From NCBI GenBank assembly GCA_963823665.1, contig CAWGMQ010000008.1, positions 1,152,001-1,216,000 of the forward strand: a stretch of DNA of 64,000 nt, read 5' to 3'. A model generated the notes under the pieces. That model ran no database searches, was not told where the DNA came from, and was given only the letters and a program-made list of their open reading frames with translations. The position numbers and the translations under genes are program-made. This DNA is from an uncultured Planctomycetota bacterium. Lineage in GTDB: Bacteria; Planctomycetota; Planctomycetia; Isosphaerales; Isosphaeraceae. Positions 52,517 to 64,000 of this stretch are shown in pieces. Numbering within the stretch: position 1 is the first letter of the stretch; every line of letters begins with the position of its first letter.

Positions 52517-54159
52517 ATGGCGAATCATCCTCTGGCGGGCCAACCCGCGCCCGAAAGCGTTCTGATCGACGTGCCGGCGCTCGAGCGCGCTTATCACGCC
52601 AATCGGCCGGATCCCTCGGATCCCAGGCAGCGGGTGATCTTCGGCACCAGCGGGCACCGCGGCTCTTCACTCAACCACACGTTCACTGAATCTCACATCG
52701 TGGCCATCACGCGGGCCATCTGCGATTACCGGCAAATGAGCGGAATCGACGGGCCGCTGTACATGGGAAAGGACACGCACGCGCTTTCCGAGCCGGCCCA
52801 GCGCACGGCGCTTGAAGTGCTCTCCGCCGCGGGCGTCGAGACGATTCTGCAGCGCGACGACGGCGTGACACCGACACCTGTGATCTCGCACGCAATCCTG
52901 TCGTACAACTCCGGCCGCACCACCGGGCGATGCGACGGCATCGTGATCACACCGTCACACAATCCACCCCGCGACGGCGGATTCAAGTACAACCCGCCGC
53001 ACGGGGGCCCCGCAGACTCGGAGGTCACCTCCTGGATCGAAGACCGCGCCAATAGCTTGCTTCGTTCGGGAATCGACTCGGTCAAGCGCGTGCCATTTGC
53101 GACGGCGATCCGAGCGAGCACGACACTCGAGGTGGATTTCGTCGAGCCGTACGTCGCGGACCTCTCGAGCGTTATCGATATGAAGGCGATCAAGGCCGCG
53201 AAGCTGAAGATCGGTGTCGACCCCCTGGGCGGCGCGGCCGTTCATTACTGGCAGCCGATCGCCGATCGCTATGACCTTGATATCACGGTGACGAACGCGG
53301 CGATCGACCCGACGTTCCGATTCATGACGCTGGACCATGACGGCGAGATACGGATGGACTGTTCGAGCCCCTTTGCGATGGCCAGTCTGGTCAAACTCAA
53401 AGACCAGTTCGACGTCGCGTTCGGCAACGACCCCGATTCGGACCGACACGGAATCGTCACCAAATCCACGGGCCTCATGAATCCCAACCACTATCTGGCC
53501 GTCGCCATCCGCTATCTTCTGACCCACCGCGACCGCTGGCCGGCCCATGCGAAAGTGGGAAAGACCTTGGTGAGCAGCAGCTTGATCGACCGGGTAGTGA
53601 ACAGTCTGAACCGGCCGCTCGCCGAAGTGCCGGTCGGGTTCAAGTGGTTTGCGCCAAGCTGCTGGACGGCTCGTATTGTTTCGGCGGCGAGGAAAGCGCC
53701 GGCGCGAGTTTCCTGCGCCGTGACGGCTCCGTCTGGACGACCGACAAGGACGGCCCGATCCTCGACTTGCTCGCCGCCGAGATGCTCGCCTGCACCGGCA
53801 AGGACCCGGGCGAGCACTACCTTGAGCTGACCAAGGAGTTCGGCACGCCGTTCTATACGCGGATCGATGCGGAGGCGACCCCCGAGCAGAAAGCCCGCCT
53901 GCTGAAGCTCGACCCATCCAACGTCAAGGCTGCCAACCTTGCCGGCGAACCGATCGTGGCCAAGCTGACTCGCGCACCGGCCAACCAGGCGCCCATCGGG
54001 GGATTGAAGGTCGTGGCTTCGACCGGCTGGTTTGCAGCGCGTCCATCCGGCACCGAGAATATCTACAAGATCTATGCGGAGAGCTTCCGCGACCAGGCCC
54101 ACCTGGATGCCATCGTCGCGGAAGCCCAGCGGATCGTCACCGACGCCTTGAGCAGTTGA
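52517..54159 (+). CDS. pgm: Phosphoglucomutase (frameshift near 53657)
   Basis: [42 protein letters not shown]. Confidence 0.95.
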
Positions 54160-54196
54160 GCCCCCGGCCCACCCTCCACCTACCTGGAGCCCGATC

Positions 54197-55838
54197 ATGA
54201 AACCGAAGCCCTTACGCGAGCGCCCGGCCTGGAAAGCACTCGAGGATCATCACCGCAAGTCGAGCGAGGTTCATCTCCGGGACCTGTTCGCAGGTGACCC
54301 CGGGCGAGGCGAGCGTCTCACCGCCTCGGGCGCCGGTCTCTTCCTCGACTACTCCAAGAACCGTGTCACCGCAGAAACCTTGGGCCTCCTCATGAATCTC
54401 GCCGAGGAATCGGGCCTGCGCGAGCGCATCGACGCCATGTTCCGCGGAGAGAAGATCAACATCACCGAAGACCGCGCGGTGTTGCATGTCGCCCTTCGCG
54501 CACCCAAGGGTCAGTCGATTCTGGTCGACGGCGAAGATGTCGTGCCCCAGGTGCACGATGTACTCGATCGGATGTCGAGTTTTGCCGCGCAGGATCAGGA
54601 GCGGCGACTGGAAGGGCCACACCGGCCGGCCGATCCGCAACGTGGTCAATATCGGCATCGGCGGCTCCGATCTGGGGCCCGTGATGGCCTATGAGGCACT
54701 CCGGCATTACAGCGAGCGTGCTCTTCGGTTTCGCTTCGTCTCGAACGTCGATGGAACCGACTTCGCAGAGGCGACGCTCGACCTCGATCCGGCCGAAACG
54801 TTATTCATCATCTCGTCCAAGACATTCACGACGCTCGAGACGATGACGAACGCCCGCACCGCCCGGGAGTGGTGCTTGAGTGCGCTCAAAAGCCCGCAGG
54901 CGGTGGCCCGGCATTTCGTCGCGGTTTCGACCAATCACGAGGAAGTGAGCAAGTTCGGGATCGATACGGCGAACATGTTCGGATTCTGGGACTGGGTCGG
55001 CGGGCGTTATTCGATGGATTCAGCCATCGGGCTCTCGACGATGATCGCGATCGGCCCGGACAACTTCCGGGCGATGCTCCGCGGCTTTCACGCCATGGAT
55101 GAGCATTTTCGTATGACGCCATTCGAGCGGAATCTGCCGGTGCTGATGGGTCTCCTGTCGGTCTGGTACACTGACTTTCTCGGGGCAGCGTCGATCGCCG
55201 TCCTGCCGTACGATCAGTACTTGAAGCGGTTCCCAGCTTATCTTCAGCAGTTGACGATGGAGAGCAACGGCAAGAGTGTGACGCTCGACGGGCGGCGTGT
55301 GTCGTATCAGACCGGCCCGGTTTACTGGGGCGAGCCGGGTACCAACGGCCAGCATTCCTTCTATCAGCTCATCCATCAGGGAACGCGGCTGATCCCTTGC
55401 GACCTGATCGGGTTTGGACATTCGCTCAATCCACTGGGCGACCACCATGATCTGCTGATGTCGAATGTCTTTGCCCAGGCCGAGGCACTCGCATTCGGCA
55501 AGACGGCGGATCAGCTCAAAGCGGAGGGCGTTGCCGACTTCCTCATACCGCATCGTACGTTTGAGGGCAACCGGCCGACGAACGTGATCCTGGCCGAACG
55601 GCTCACTCCGGAAGTGCTGGGGTCGCTGGTCGCGCTTTATGAGCACAGCGTGTTCACTCAAGGCACGATCTGGGAGATCAACTCGTTCGACCAGTGGGGC
55701 GTCGAGCTCGGCAAGGCGCTGGCGAAGAAGATCATACCCGAGCTTCAGAGCGAGGTTGAGCCGAAACTCGGCCATGACAGCTCGACGAATGCGCTGATCA
55801 GGCGCTACCGGAACATGAAAGCCGGCCAAACCGGCTGA
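54197..55838 (+). CDS. pgi: Glucose-6-phosphate isomerase (frameshift near 54590)
   Basis: [42 protein letters not shown]. Confidence 0.95.
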
Positions 55839-56013
55839 CGGGGCCGCAGGTACGCAAATTGGGAAATCATTTCAAGCGCGGCGTACGTCCAGCGAACGCA
55901 AGTTTCATGGGCAATACGATTTACGTGAATTCGAAAAAAGGCAGATCGGCAGAATCACTTCGAGTGCACTATTGCGATGGCAACGGGTTCGGTGCGCTGG
56001 CAGGGGTTGAGTT

Positions 56014-57459
56014 GTGATGTCAGGTTCTTCTTCGCAAGCACTGACGGACCATCTGCAGTCTCTCTTCGACGTAGGTACATGCACGGGGTTGACCGACGGT
56101 GACTTGATCGACCGATTCCGAGAAGTCGGAGCGGAGGACGGTGAGCGGGCGTTCGAGGCGCTCGTGACGCGGCACGGGCCGATGGTGCTGGGAGTGTGCC
56201 GGCACTTTCTGACGGATCCGGTCGCGCTGCACGACGCGTTTCAGGCGACTTTTCTCGTTCTGGCTCGCCGCGCCGGGGCGATCCGTAATCGGGAATCCGT
56301 TGGGAGCTGGCTCTATGGGGTCGCTCTCCGGGTTGCGGTGCGGGGACGGGCCAACTCGATCCGGCGCGAGATTCGTGACCGACGAGCGATCGAGGCGGCG
56401 CGATCCGTGGCGGTGCCTCTGCTCGAAGCGCGCGGCGGTGCGTGTGTCGACGGTGCCGATGGCGCGGCAGTGGTCCATCAGGAGGTTGGCCGGCTGCCCG
56501 AAAAGTACCGATCGCCGGTTGTTCTCTGTTATCTCGAAGGTTTGACCCACGAGGAGGCCGCTACGCGGCTTGGCTGGCCGGTCGGGACCGTTCGCAGCCG
56601 GCTTTCGCGGGCGAGGAGCACACTACGGTTCCGATTGACCCGCCGCGGCATAACCGCCCCATCTGCCTTTGGACCGCTGGCGGCTTGGCTCGTCCGTGAC
56701 ACGGCCCCGTCAATGGCGGCAGCCGGATCATCGGTTCTACCGGCCCAACTCGCCCCTTCGGTGGCCCGCGCGGCAACACGATTCACATTCAGCCAGTCCG
56801 TCGCCACCAGCTCGTTGCAGGTAGGCGCGACGGAACTGGCCCGGGGAGTACTCACGATCATGCTGCTCAAGAAACTGACGATCGCCGGTTGTGTCGTCCT
56901 GTCGTTAGGGATCGCGACCGTTGGAGGTGGCGCTTTGCTCATCGGAAGAACTCAAGCGCAGGATCCCAAACCGGGTGCCGACGGAAGCCGAGGAGAGATA
57001 CGAAAGCCGACACCAGCAGCATTCACCAGGCCGGCTGATGTTGATCCGCAGCTTGCGAAGCTCCTTGCCGCAGCCCACGTGCGGGTCGACGCGCAGAAGG
57101 CTTACTACGAAGAAGGCCGTATCACTGTTGACCGTTTCATCGACGGTTTGGCACGGCTAGAAAAGGTGGAGCTGATCGCCGCCAAAACCGACGCGGAACG
57201 CGCGGAGATACGCAAGCGGCACGTGAACATCCTCGAGGAGATCGCGAACCGCGAAGATGCGGAGATTCAGGTGGGTAGGGGAACCATAGCCGACCTGAGT
57301 GAAGCCCGCCAGCGTCATCTCGAAGCGGAGTACGAGACGAAGATTGTGGATAAGGAGGCAGCGGAGAAGGCCGCGATTCTCAGGCGATTGAGCGATCTCG
57401 AGCGCACGGTCGAGGCGCTTCAAAAAGGACGGACGGAAAAACCGGCCGGTAGCCGGTGA
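56014..57459 (+). CDS. ECF sigma factor with long C-terminal extension (TM + helical domain)
   Basis: [45 protein letters not shown] near [19 protein letters not shown]. Confidence 0.9.
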   Translation: MMSGSSSQALTDHLQSLFDVGTCTGLTDGDLIDRFREVGAEDGERAFEALVTRHGPMVLGVCRHFLTDPVALHDAFQATFLVLARRAGAIRNRESVGSWLYGVALRVAVRGRANSIRREIRDRRAIEAARSVAVPLLEARGGACVDGADGAAVVHQEVGRLPEKYRSPVVLCYLEGLTHEEAATRLGWPVGTVRSRLSRARSTLRFRLTRRGITAPSAFGPLAAWLVRDTAPSMAAAGSSVLPAQLAPSVARAATRFTFSQSVATSSLQVGATELARGVLTIMLLKKLTIAGCVVLSLGIATVGGGALLIGRTQAQDPKPGADGSRGEIRKPTPAAFTRPADVDPQLAKLLAAAHVRVDAQKAYYEEGRITVDRFIDGLARLEKVELIAAKTDAERAEIRKRHVNILEEIANREDAEIQVGRGTIADLSEARQRHLEAEYETKIVDKEAAEKAAILRRLSDLERTVEALQKGRTEKPAGSR

Positions 57460-57616
57460 TTCAATTTCATTTCAACGAAAAGACCCTCGGACGCTGGCGC
57501 GCCGAGGGCCGGGGTGTGATCGATTCGATCGCGGGGTTCCGGGGGAAAGTGGCGAGCACGCAACTTGGCTCGATCCGCTCTCCGGGGGGCGAGAGACTTT
57601 CGTCTCCCGTTTCAGG

Positions 57617-58303
57617 TCAGGCGACGGCGCGAGGGCGACGTGCCAGAACATATCTGCGAAGGGCGAGGCCGCCCACCGTGGTCAGGAACAAAGCGATCGT
57701 GCTGGGTTCGGGCACGGGCGCCTGTGAAGGGTTCACCGTCCCGACCGTATTGATTGCGCCTTCCAGTGTGGTGACGCCACCGGCGGAGTTGGGCACGAGC
57801 AGCACTTGATTGGGCAGGCCAGCCAGCGTGCTGGTCGCACTGCCAAGTTGGAAGGTGTCGTTCGCAATCGGGTTGATCGTGGCAATCACGCTCGACTGCG
57901 AACTGCCCGTGAGCGTTCCATTCAACATGCCGGTGACTGTCAGCGGCGAGAAGTTGGAAAGTGCTCCCCCATTGTAGGCCGAGGGAATCAGCGTGAGGCT
58001 GAACGGCGTGTTGGTATACGTGGTCGTCGAATTGGGACCGAGCGGCGCGACCTGGAACTCGCCGAGAGGCAGGTTTGAGACCGTGTTAACCGCGGCGTCG
58101 TTGATGGACGAGTAAGTGATCGCATTCGTGCCGGAGACGCCGGTTGTGCCCTGCACAAAGCCCGATGTACTGTAGGTCAAGGTTCCGCCGGTGTTGGCGC
58201 TGATCATTCCGTCGGCCTTGGCGCTTGAGCTGGTCCAGGTGAACAGCCCCAGGGCGATGGCCACGATTCGCAGCCTGGTCCACCCCTGTGTCATCTGCAT
58301 CAT
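57617..58303 (-). CDS. PEP-CTERM surface protein
   Basis: Signal peptide, T/S/G/N-rich body, VPEPSTIALFLTTVGGLALRR. Confidence 0.92.
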   Translation of the reverse strand: MMQMTQGWTRLRIVAIALGLFTWTSSSAKADGMISANTGGTLTYSTSGFVQGTTGVSGTNAITYSSINDAAVNTVSNLPLGEFQVAPLGPNSTTTYTNTPFSLTLIPSAYNGGALSNFSPLTVTGMLNGTLTGSSQSSVIATINPIANDTFQLGSATSTLAGLPNQVLLVPNSAGGVTTLEGAINTVGTVNPSQAPVPEPSTIALFLTTVGGLALRRYVLARRPRAVA

Positions 58304-58753
58304 GATCCTCCTGAATACCGATGGGATAGTCGCATTCCGATTGGCGACTTCGCAACGTCTTCGTCTGGACGTGAAGTGTGACGTTCCCCCGGGTCGAAAT
58401 GTTCCGGACTGTCTCCCCGTTAGACCGGTAGAGACCGAACCCGACGACCGGTTGAACGAACGACACGGATGGCGGCTCTCACAACACCAGTCGAGGCCCG
58501 CTCCGGCAACGCGGCCGGGCCTTTTTCGTCGCGACCTCGAGTATCAGGAGACGGAAGCCGGGGGTGACTTGCTTGCATACCCGGCCTCCCTGCCCGAACT
58601 GGCGGGAGCTTATCCGTAAGCTCCCCCGTCACGAATTCTGGGTGTGAACGAACGGCCGGGAAAATACCCGGTCGCCGCGATGTTGTAAATCGAACTTTAG
58701 GGAAATTCGAACGATTTCTCGATTGCCGCCGGCCGGAGGGTCGCCACGTTGGG

Positions 58754-61168
58754 TCAAAGCATGGAGATTGGATCGACGTCGACGGCAACCTCGACGCCCT
58801 CCGGCGGCGGCGTTTTGCGAGGTATGACGCCAGCCAACAGTCTGAGTGGCTTCGAGTTCGGGCAACGAAGCTGGAGATGGAAGCGATGAAGATTGCGGAT
58901 CTTCTTGACCGGCGCGGCGCCGGGCCCAAGATCCTCACCGAGGGATCGGCTGCGGCGCCGAACGCGTCGGCCAATTCGTCCATGTATGCTCGAACGCTCG
59001 CTTCATTGCTTCCTCGGGCGATCACCCGCACCAGTCTGCCGTAGGGTGGCACACCAAACGACTTGCGAACGGGGAGCTCGATTTCGGCAAACCCCACGAA
59101 GTCATGGCGGGCGGCCAATTGGATTGCGGGGTGCTCGGGCGAAAAAGTTTGTACGATTACCCGCCCGGGTCGATCTCCTCTTCCCGTGCGGCCTGCGACC
59201 TGAGCCATGAGCTGAAATGTGCGCTCGGCAGCGCGGAAATCCGGCAAATGAAGGGCCGTATCGGCGCTGACCACGCCAACCAAGGTGACGTTGGGGAAAT
59301 CGAGGCCCTTGGCGATCATCTGCGTGCCGAGCAGGATCCGGACCTCGCCCGCCTGGAACGCCCTGAGCACGCGCTCGTGGCTGCCGCTGCCGCGCATCGT
59401 GTCGGAATCCATCCGGCGCGAGGCGACGTCCGGAAACGCGGTCTGGATTTCGCGCTCGAGCCGCTCGGTGCCGATGCCCCCGTAGTAAAGCTTGGGCGCT
59501 CTGCAACGGGGGCATGCCGGCGGGCATGGGCGCTCGGCATCGCATGTGTGGCAAATCAAAATGTGGCGTTTCTTATGATACGTCATCGCCACGTCGCAGG
59601 CGTGGCACTTGACGACTTCGCCGCACCGCGGGCAGAGAGCGAATGTGTGGAACCCACGGCGGTTCAGGAGCAGGATCACCTGGCCCCCGGCGGCGAGTGA
59701 AACCTGCATTGCCTCGCGCAGCGGTTGGCTCAAGCATCCGATCGCAGCCTTCTCAGTCCGCAAGTCGATGATTTCCACGCCGGGCATGGACCGGCCGCTC
59801 ACTCGAAAAGGCATCGAGATCAGTGAATACCGGCCGAGCTGGGCGTTATGCCAGGATTCGAGCGATGGCGTTGCCGAGCCCAGGAGCACCGGAATGCCTT
59901 CCAACTGGGCGCGCTTGACGCCCACGTCGCGCGCGTGGTATCGCGGCGCCGTCTCCTGTTTAAAGGTGCTTTCGTGTTCTTCGTCGATGACGATCAAGCC
60001 CAGTCGCCGGGCCGGCGCGAAGACAGCCGATCGCGCCCCGACGATGACCTGCACCTCGCCCGAAGCGATGGTTTGCCAGTAACGGTGGCGCTCGGCGTCG
60101 GAGAGATGGCTATGCAGCACGGACACCTTGCCGAACCGCTGGCTGAAGCGTTCGATCGTCTGCGGCGTGAGGCTGATCTCGGGCACGAGCACAATCGTCT
60201 CGCGGCCGAGTGCCACCACCTGTTCGATCGCCGTCAAATACACTTCGGTCTTGCCGCTGCCGGTGACTCCGTGGATCAAGAATGGAGCGAAGCCGCCCGC
60301 TGCGATGGCGGATTTGAGCCGCCCGATCGCCGCGGCTTGTTCCGCGGTCGGGATCAGTCGCTCCGCGCGGTCGGTGCCGGAAACTGCGCCGGAATCGAGC
60401 TGCGGAGGCGTGAATCCCGCGGTGGCTGCCCCGGCAAGTCCGACCGGAAGTCGTCTCCGCACGGCACGCACCAACCCGCGGCCGCGCAGGGCATGAACGA
60501 GACCCGGCGCGCATTTCGCCCGCCGGCATACATCCGCAGACCGTCAGAAAATCGCCGCAGAGGAGAACTTCCATCACTGCGGCCTGTTTGGCAGTGAGCG
60601 GAGGGTCGATCCTGGCGGCCAGGACTGCCTCGCGCACTTCCTCGGGAACCATCAAGAACGTGGCGATCCGAGTTCCCGCGTGCTTCTTGACGCCGGCGGG
60701 CACTGCGGCGTCGAGCGCCTGACCCCAGGAACAGGCGTAATAGTCGGCCAGCCATCGCGTGAGGGCCAGCATGTTGGAGTCGATCAGCGGCGACAGATCG
60801 AGCACCTCCACGACATCCTTGATTCGCGCGGGGTCGATGTCAGCGGGTGCGGCATCCTCGACTTGCACACAGTAGCCGATGGTCAACTTGTTGCCCTGGC
60901 CCAGTGGAACACGCACGCGCTGGCCGGGCCGGATGATTCGTTCGAGCCGGCTGGGGACGTGATAGGAGAGGACCTGCTCGAATGGCCGGCTGAAAACGAT
61001 GCCCGCGAAGGGACCCGCGGGCACGGGAGGAGCGTCCGATATGCCGAACCAGGTGGACTGGCGAGGTACTCCTTGCCGTTCCACGGCCGCGCTGTCGCCG
61101 GGGCAATCAACGGGCTCGGCGCTCGAATCCGCTGGCTCGGGCTCACCTCTGCCGTTGACAACGCTCAT
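58754..61168 (-). CDS. priA: Primosomal protein N' (frameshifts near 60540 and 58915)
   Basis: GVTGSGKTEVY, DEEH, SATP, CxxC zinc knuckles, GTQMIAKGLDF, QVAGRTGR, ends DVDPISML; start uncertain. Confidence 0.95.
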
Positions 61169-61388
61169 CGATCGGACCTATCGTCGGAAGTCGCTCGCAC
61201 ACGCGGCCGAAAGGCACGCATTGGATCGCCGAAAGCCCGATTTGCCGAAGGAAAAGCACACGCGAGCGTCACAGCGGCCGTCATTTTACTTCACCCGAAT
61301 TTTGCACGTTCGTCCACACCAAAACGGTTGTCCGTGGGTGATCGGGGCTGGCACAAGCAACAACGGTCGCCGTGGGAGTTTCTCGGAG

Positions 61389-62021
61389 ATGCGACTGGGA
61401 ATTTTTGGAGGCACGTTCGACCCGATCCATCTTGGGCATCTCGTTCTGGCAGACCAGTGCCGCGAGAGTTGTGCTCTCGAGCGTGTCTGGTTCGTCGTGG
61501 CCGGCGAGCCGCCGCACAAGCGCGGCGAACTGACCGCCGTCGCCCATCGACTCGAGATGGCGCGGATCGCGGCGGCCGGCCACCCATCGTTCGTGGTTTC
61601 CGACATCGAGGCAAACCGACCTGGCCCGAATTACAGCGTGGAGACGCTGGAATCTGTCTCTCGCGCGCGGCCAGACGACGACTTGTACTTCTTGATCGGT
61701 GCCGACAGTCTGAATGATCTGCCGGGCTGGCGCGAACCCGGTCGCATCGCGAAACTGGCAACGATCGTCGTGGTGAATCGGCCTGGCATCGAAGAGGCGG
61801 ACCCTCTTGCGCTACCTACCTTCGGCGATGGAACTCGCCCGATCATATCGGTCACGATTCCACCGATCGGAATCGCCTCGACCGACCTCCGCCGGCGCGT
61901 GCGCGAAGGCAGGAGCATCCGCTACTTGGTTCCGCGGGGCGTGGAAGCTTACATCGAGGCACAGGGGCTATACCGCGACGCTCAGGCGAGTTCACCAAGT
62001 ACATCGTGCGCGACTCGGTGA
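61389..62021 (+). CDS. nadD: Nicotinate-nucleotide adenylyltransferase
   Basis: GGTFDPIHLGH, PPHK, LIGADS, IASTDLR. Confidence 0.95.
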   Translation: MRLGIFGGTFDPIHLGHLVLADQCRESCALERVWFVVAGEPPHKRGELTAVAHRLEMARIAAAGHPSFVVSDIEANRPGPNYSVETLESVSRARPDDDLYFLIGADSLNDLPGWREPGRIAKLATIVVVNRPGIEEADPLALPTFGDGTRPIISVTIPPIGIASTDLRRRVREGRSIRYLVPRGVEAYIEAQGLYRDAQASSPSTSCATR

Positions 62022-62158
62022 CGTATACAATACCAGCGGCGATCGTGATCGATAGAAGAGAGAGCGCCAGCGAGGCTAGAATGACAGGGGTGTGGCGCGG
62101 TGGGCGTTCTACGTAAGTCCCACCGTCGGGAATTATTCCCTCGAACTCGGCGAATTCG

Positions 62159-63421
62159 GTGATGAGACGCTTTCGGCGGAACTGGATGAACGGGGTGCTT
62201 CGGCGCCCGACCGGACCGCCGGTCGAAGAAGGGGATGAAGCTCTGCTGCTGGATCGGGTCCCGCGAGTGGGTTCCCCGGGCTTGCTCTTTTTGTGGACTT
62301 GCGTTTTTGCTTTCTTCGGCGTGTTCATTGTCGGCCGGCTTCTGCGACAACCGGCGGCCGAGAATGTAGTCTTGTGTGTGATCTTTGCCCTCATGTGCTT
62401 CGCCCTGTTGAAATCGCTCTGGCAGACGATACTCGGTGGTGAGCGACTTCGGCTCGATTCCGGAGGACTCGAATACTGCTGGTGCTTTGGTTTGACTCGC
62501 TGGCGCAGGTTGGTGCCAATCGAGGAAATCAAGAGTGTCTCGACGTACGTAAAGCGAGTGTTCGACCCAATCGTTGGACGCGCCCGTTCGGAGTATGGAG
62601 TGCAGGTCGAGACGCTGGGCCAGCCGCTTCGCCTCGGTCAAAGCCGGCAAGCGGACGATGTCGCCGAGATCCAGTGTCGAATCGAGAGGCGCCTTCGCCA
62701 GCTTGAACCGCGCTGGTTGAGTTCGACCTCCAGCCACGATCTCGAGATTCTGGAACGATCGAGCATCCTGGCTAAGCCCCCCTCAGATTGCACGATCGTT
62801 TGCCGTCGTGAGTGGGACCACACAGAGTTCGTGAGGCGCTGGCGATTGAGCTGGCCGAGAGGCCTCGCTGGAGCGTTGGTCGGCTTCACCGTCATTACGG
62901 CGACCTGGTTTCTGGCGGTGCGGATCATTGCCGCTTTCGACTCGTTCCTGCTTTTTTCCCTCGCGCTGTGCGGATTCTTCTGCGTGCTCACAGTCTGGAG
63001 CTGGGTTGGGATCATTCTCGACCGCCAGAGGTGGGACATTCGCCCAGGTGAAGTGACGTCATCGGTCCGCATGATGGGTTTCGGCTGGTCACGAACCGCC
63101 GAGGTGGAATGGCTGGACCGATTCGAGCTTCGCCGGCTTCCGACACGGGGCGGACGGTCGCCCGCGCAATTCGGTTACAATGAGCCTTATCCCGGTTACG
63201 AGCTGGCGCTTGTCGACCTCAAGGACAAAGACGTAGCTGCGATGGGACCTCTCACCCGCGGCGAAGCACTTTGGATGGCCGGGATCATCGCGGATGTGCT
63301 TAAGGATGCTCTTCCGAAGGAGGGGCAGACATTTGCCCGCTGGTCGGTCTCGACGGATGAGCCGGCCGGTGGGTCCAAGGCCATGGGGGATCGCTGGCTC
63401 GACGAAGCGGTGTATTCTTGA
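62159..63421 (+). CDS. Membrane hypothetical protein with two repeated TM-pair + beta-domain halves
   Basis: Two hydrophobic pairs each followed by a soluble segment; start uncertain. Confidence 0.7.
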   Translation: MMRRFRRNWMNGVLRRPTGPPVEEGDEALLLDRVPRVGSPGLLFLWTCVFAFFGVFIVGRLLRQPAAENVVLCVIFALMCFALLKSLWQTILGGERLRLDSGGLEYCWCFGLTRWRRLVPIEEIKSVSTYVKRVFDPIVGRARSEYGVQVETLGQPLRLGQSRQADDVAEIQCRIERRLRQLEPRWLSSTSSHDLEILERSSILAKPPSDCTIVCRREWDHTEFVRRWRLSWPRGLAGALVGFTVITATWFLAVRIIAAFDSFLLFSLALCGFFCVLTVWSWVGIILDRQRWDIRPGEVTSSVRMMGFGWSRTAEVEWLDRFELRRLPTRGGRSPAQFGYNEPYPGYELALVDLKDKDVAAMGPLTRGEALWMAGIIADVLKDALPKEGQTFARWSVSTDEPAGGSKAMGDRWLDEAVYS

Positions 63422-63485
63422 TATGAATTGGAGGACGTCTTGCGTGATTGCTGACCGACGATGTTTGCTTCGGGGAGTTTCCAAC

Positions 63486-63956
63486 ATGCGTCGCTGCGCT
63501 GTTTTCGCCTTGGCCCTTGTCCTGGGCCTTCCGCTTGCCGCACGAGCTCAAGACGATGACGCCAAGACCGTGGCGCAATGCATTCTCGATAAAGGAGCAG
63601 CGCTTTTCGACAAGCGAGACGCTGCGGCGATGGCTGCCACCTACACCGAAGATGCTCAGCTCGAATGGATCGAAAAGGACAGCGCCGCGGGCGGCATCAA
63701 GATCGACGTGAAGAAGGGCCGCGAGGAAATCGAGACGGTCTATCGCGATCTGTTCAAAGATGCAAAAGAGGCCACGACTTCCAAGAACATCGTCGAATAC
63801 GCCCGGTTCGTCAGCTCGGAATTGCTGGTGATCGAGGGCGACTTTCAGCCCAACGTCGCCAATGACGGCAAGTTTCACTTCGTGCAGATGCGCGTGAAAC
63901 AAGGGGACAAATGGCAGATGCGGAGCCTGCAATTGTTCGTGATCGCCAAGGATTGA
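63486..63956 (+). CDS. Secreted SnoaL/NTF2-fold protein
   Basis: Signal peptide; DAAAMAATYTEDA, GREEIE, VKQGDKW. Confidence 0.8.
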   Translation: MRRCAVFALALVLGLPLAARAQDDDAKTVAQCILDKGAALFDKRDAAAMAATYTEDAQLEWIEKDSAAGGIKIDVKKGREEIETVYRDLFKDAKEATTSKNIVEYARFVSSELLVIEGDFQPNVANDGKFHFVQMRVKQGDKWQMRSLQLFVIAKD

Positions 63957-64000
63957 GGCGGCGGCAAGGAACACGTCTGATCAACGACATTGAGGCACCG

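Noticed and set aside
55897..55925. Imperfect inverted repeat CGCAAGT...ATTTACG upstream of the ECF gene
   Set aside because: Too weak to assign a function from one instance

Overview
GC-rich bacterial chromosome segment. Gene content (DUF1501, DUF1080, many ECF sigma factor/Ser-Thr kinase pairs, PEP-CTERM) points to Planctomycetota, probably Isosphaeraceae-like (inference). 1-15 kb is a patchwork of accessory genes and gene shards. 15.7-38 kb is a duplication-rich island: one ECF sigma factor; three paralogous kinases with a shared zinc-finger anti-sigma + kinase N-terminus and different extracytoplasmic C-termini; four copies of the sigma gene's 3' end plus intergenic element; two Rpn-like PD-(D/E)XK genes with candidate internal small-protein starts; FHA proteins; an M48 peptidase; two orphan cas6 fragments flanking a Uma2 nuclease; and a triplicated REP-rich unit. 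38-64 kb is mostly housekeeping (internally deleted ackA, glgP, pgm, pgi, priA, nadD) with further ECF/kinase genes. Many genes, including priA, pgi and pgm, carry single-base frameshifts that are most likely assembly errors. No rRNA, tRNA or CRISPR array was recognised. All family assignments are by eye from motifs; no searches were run.
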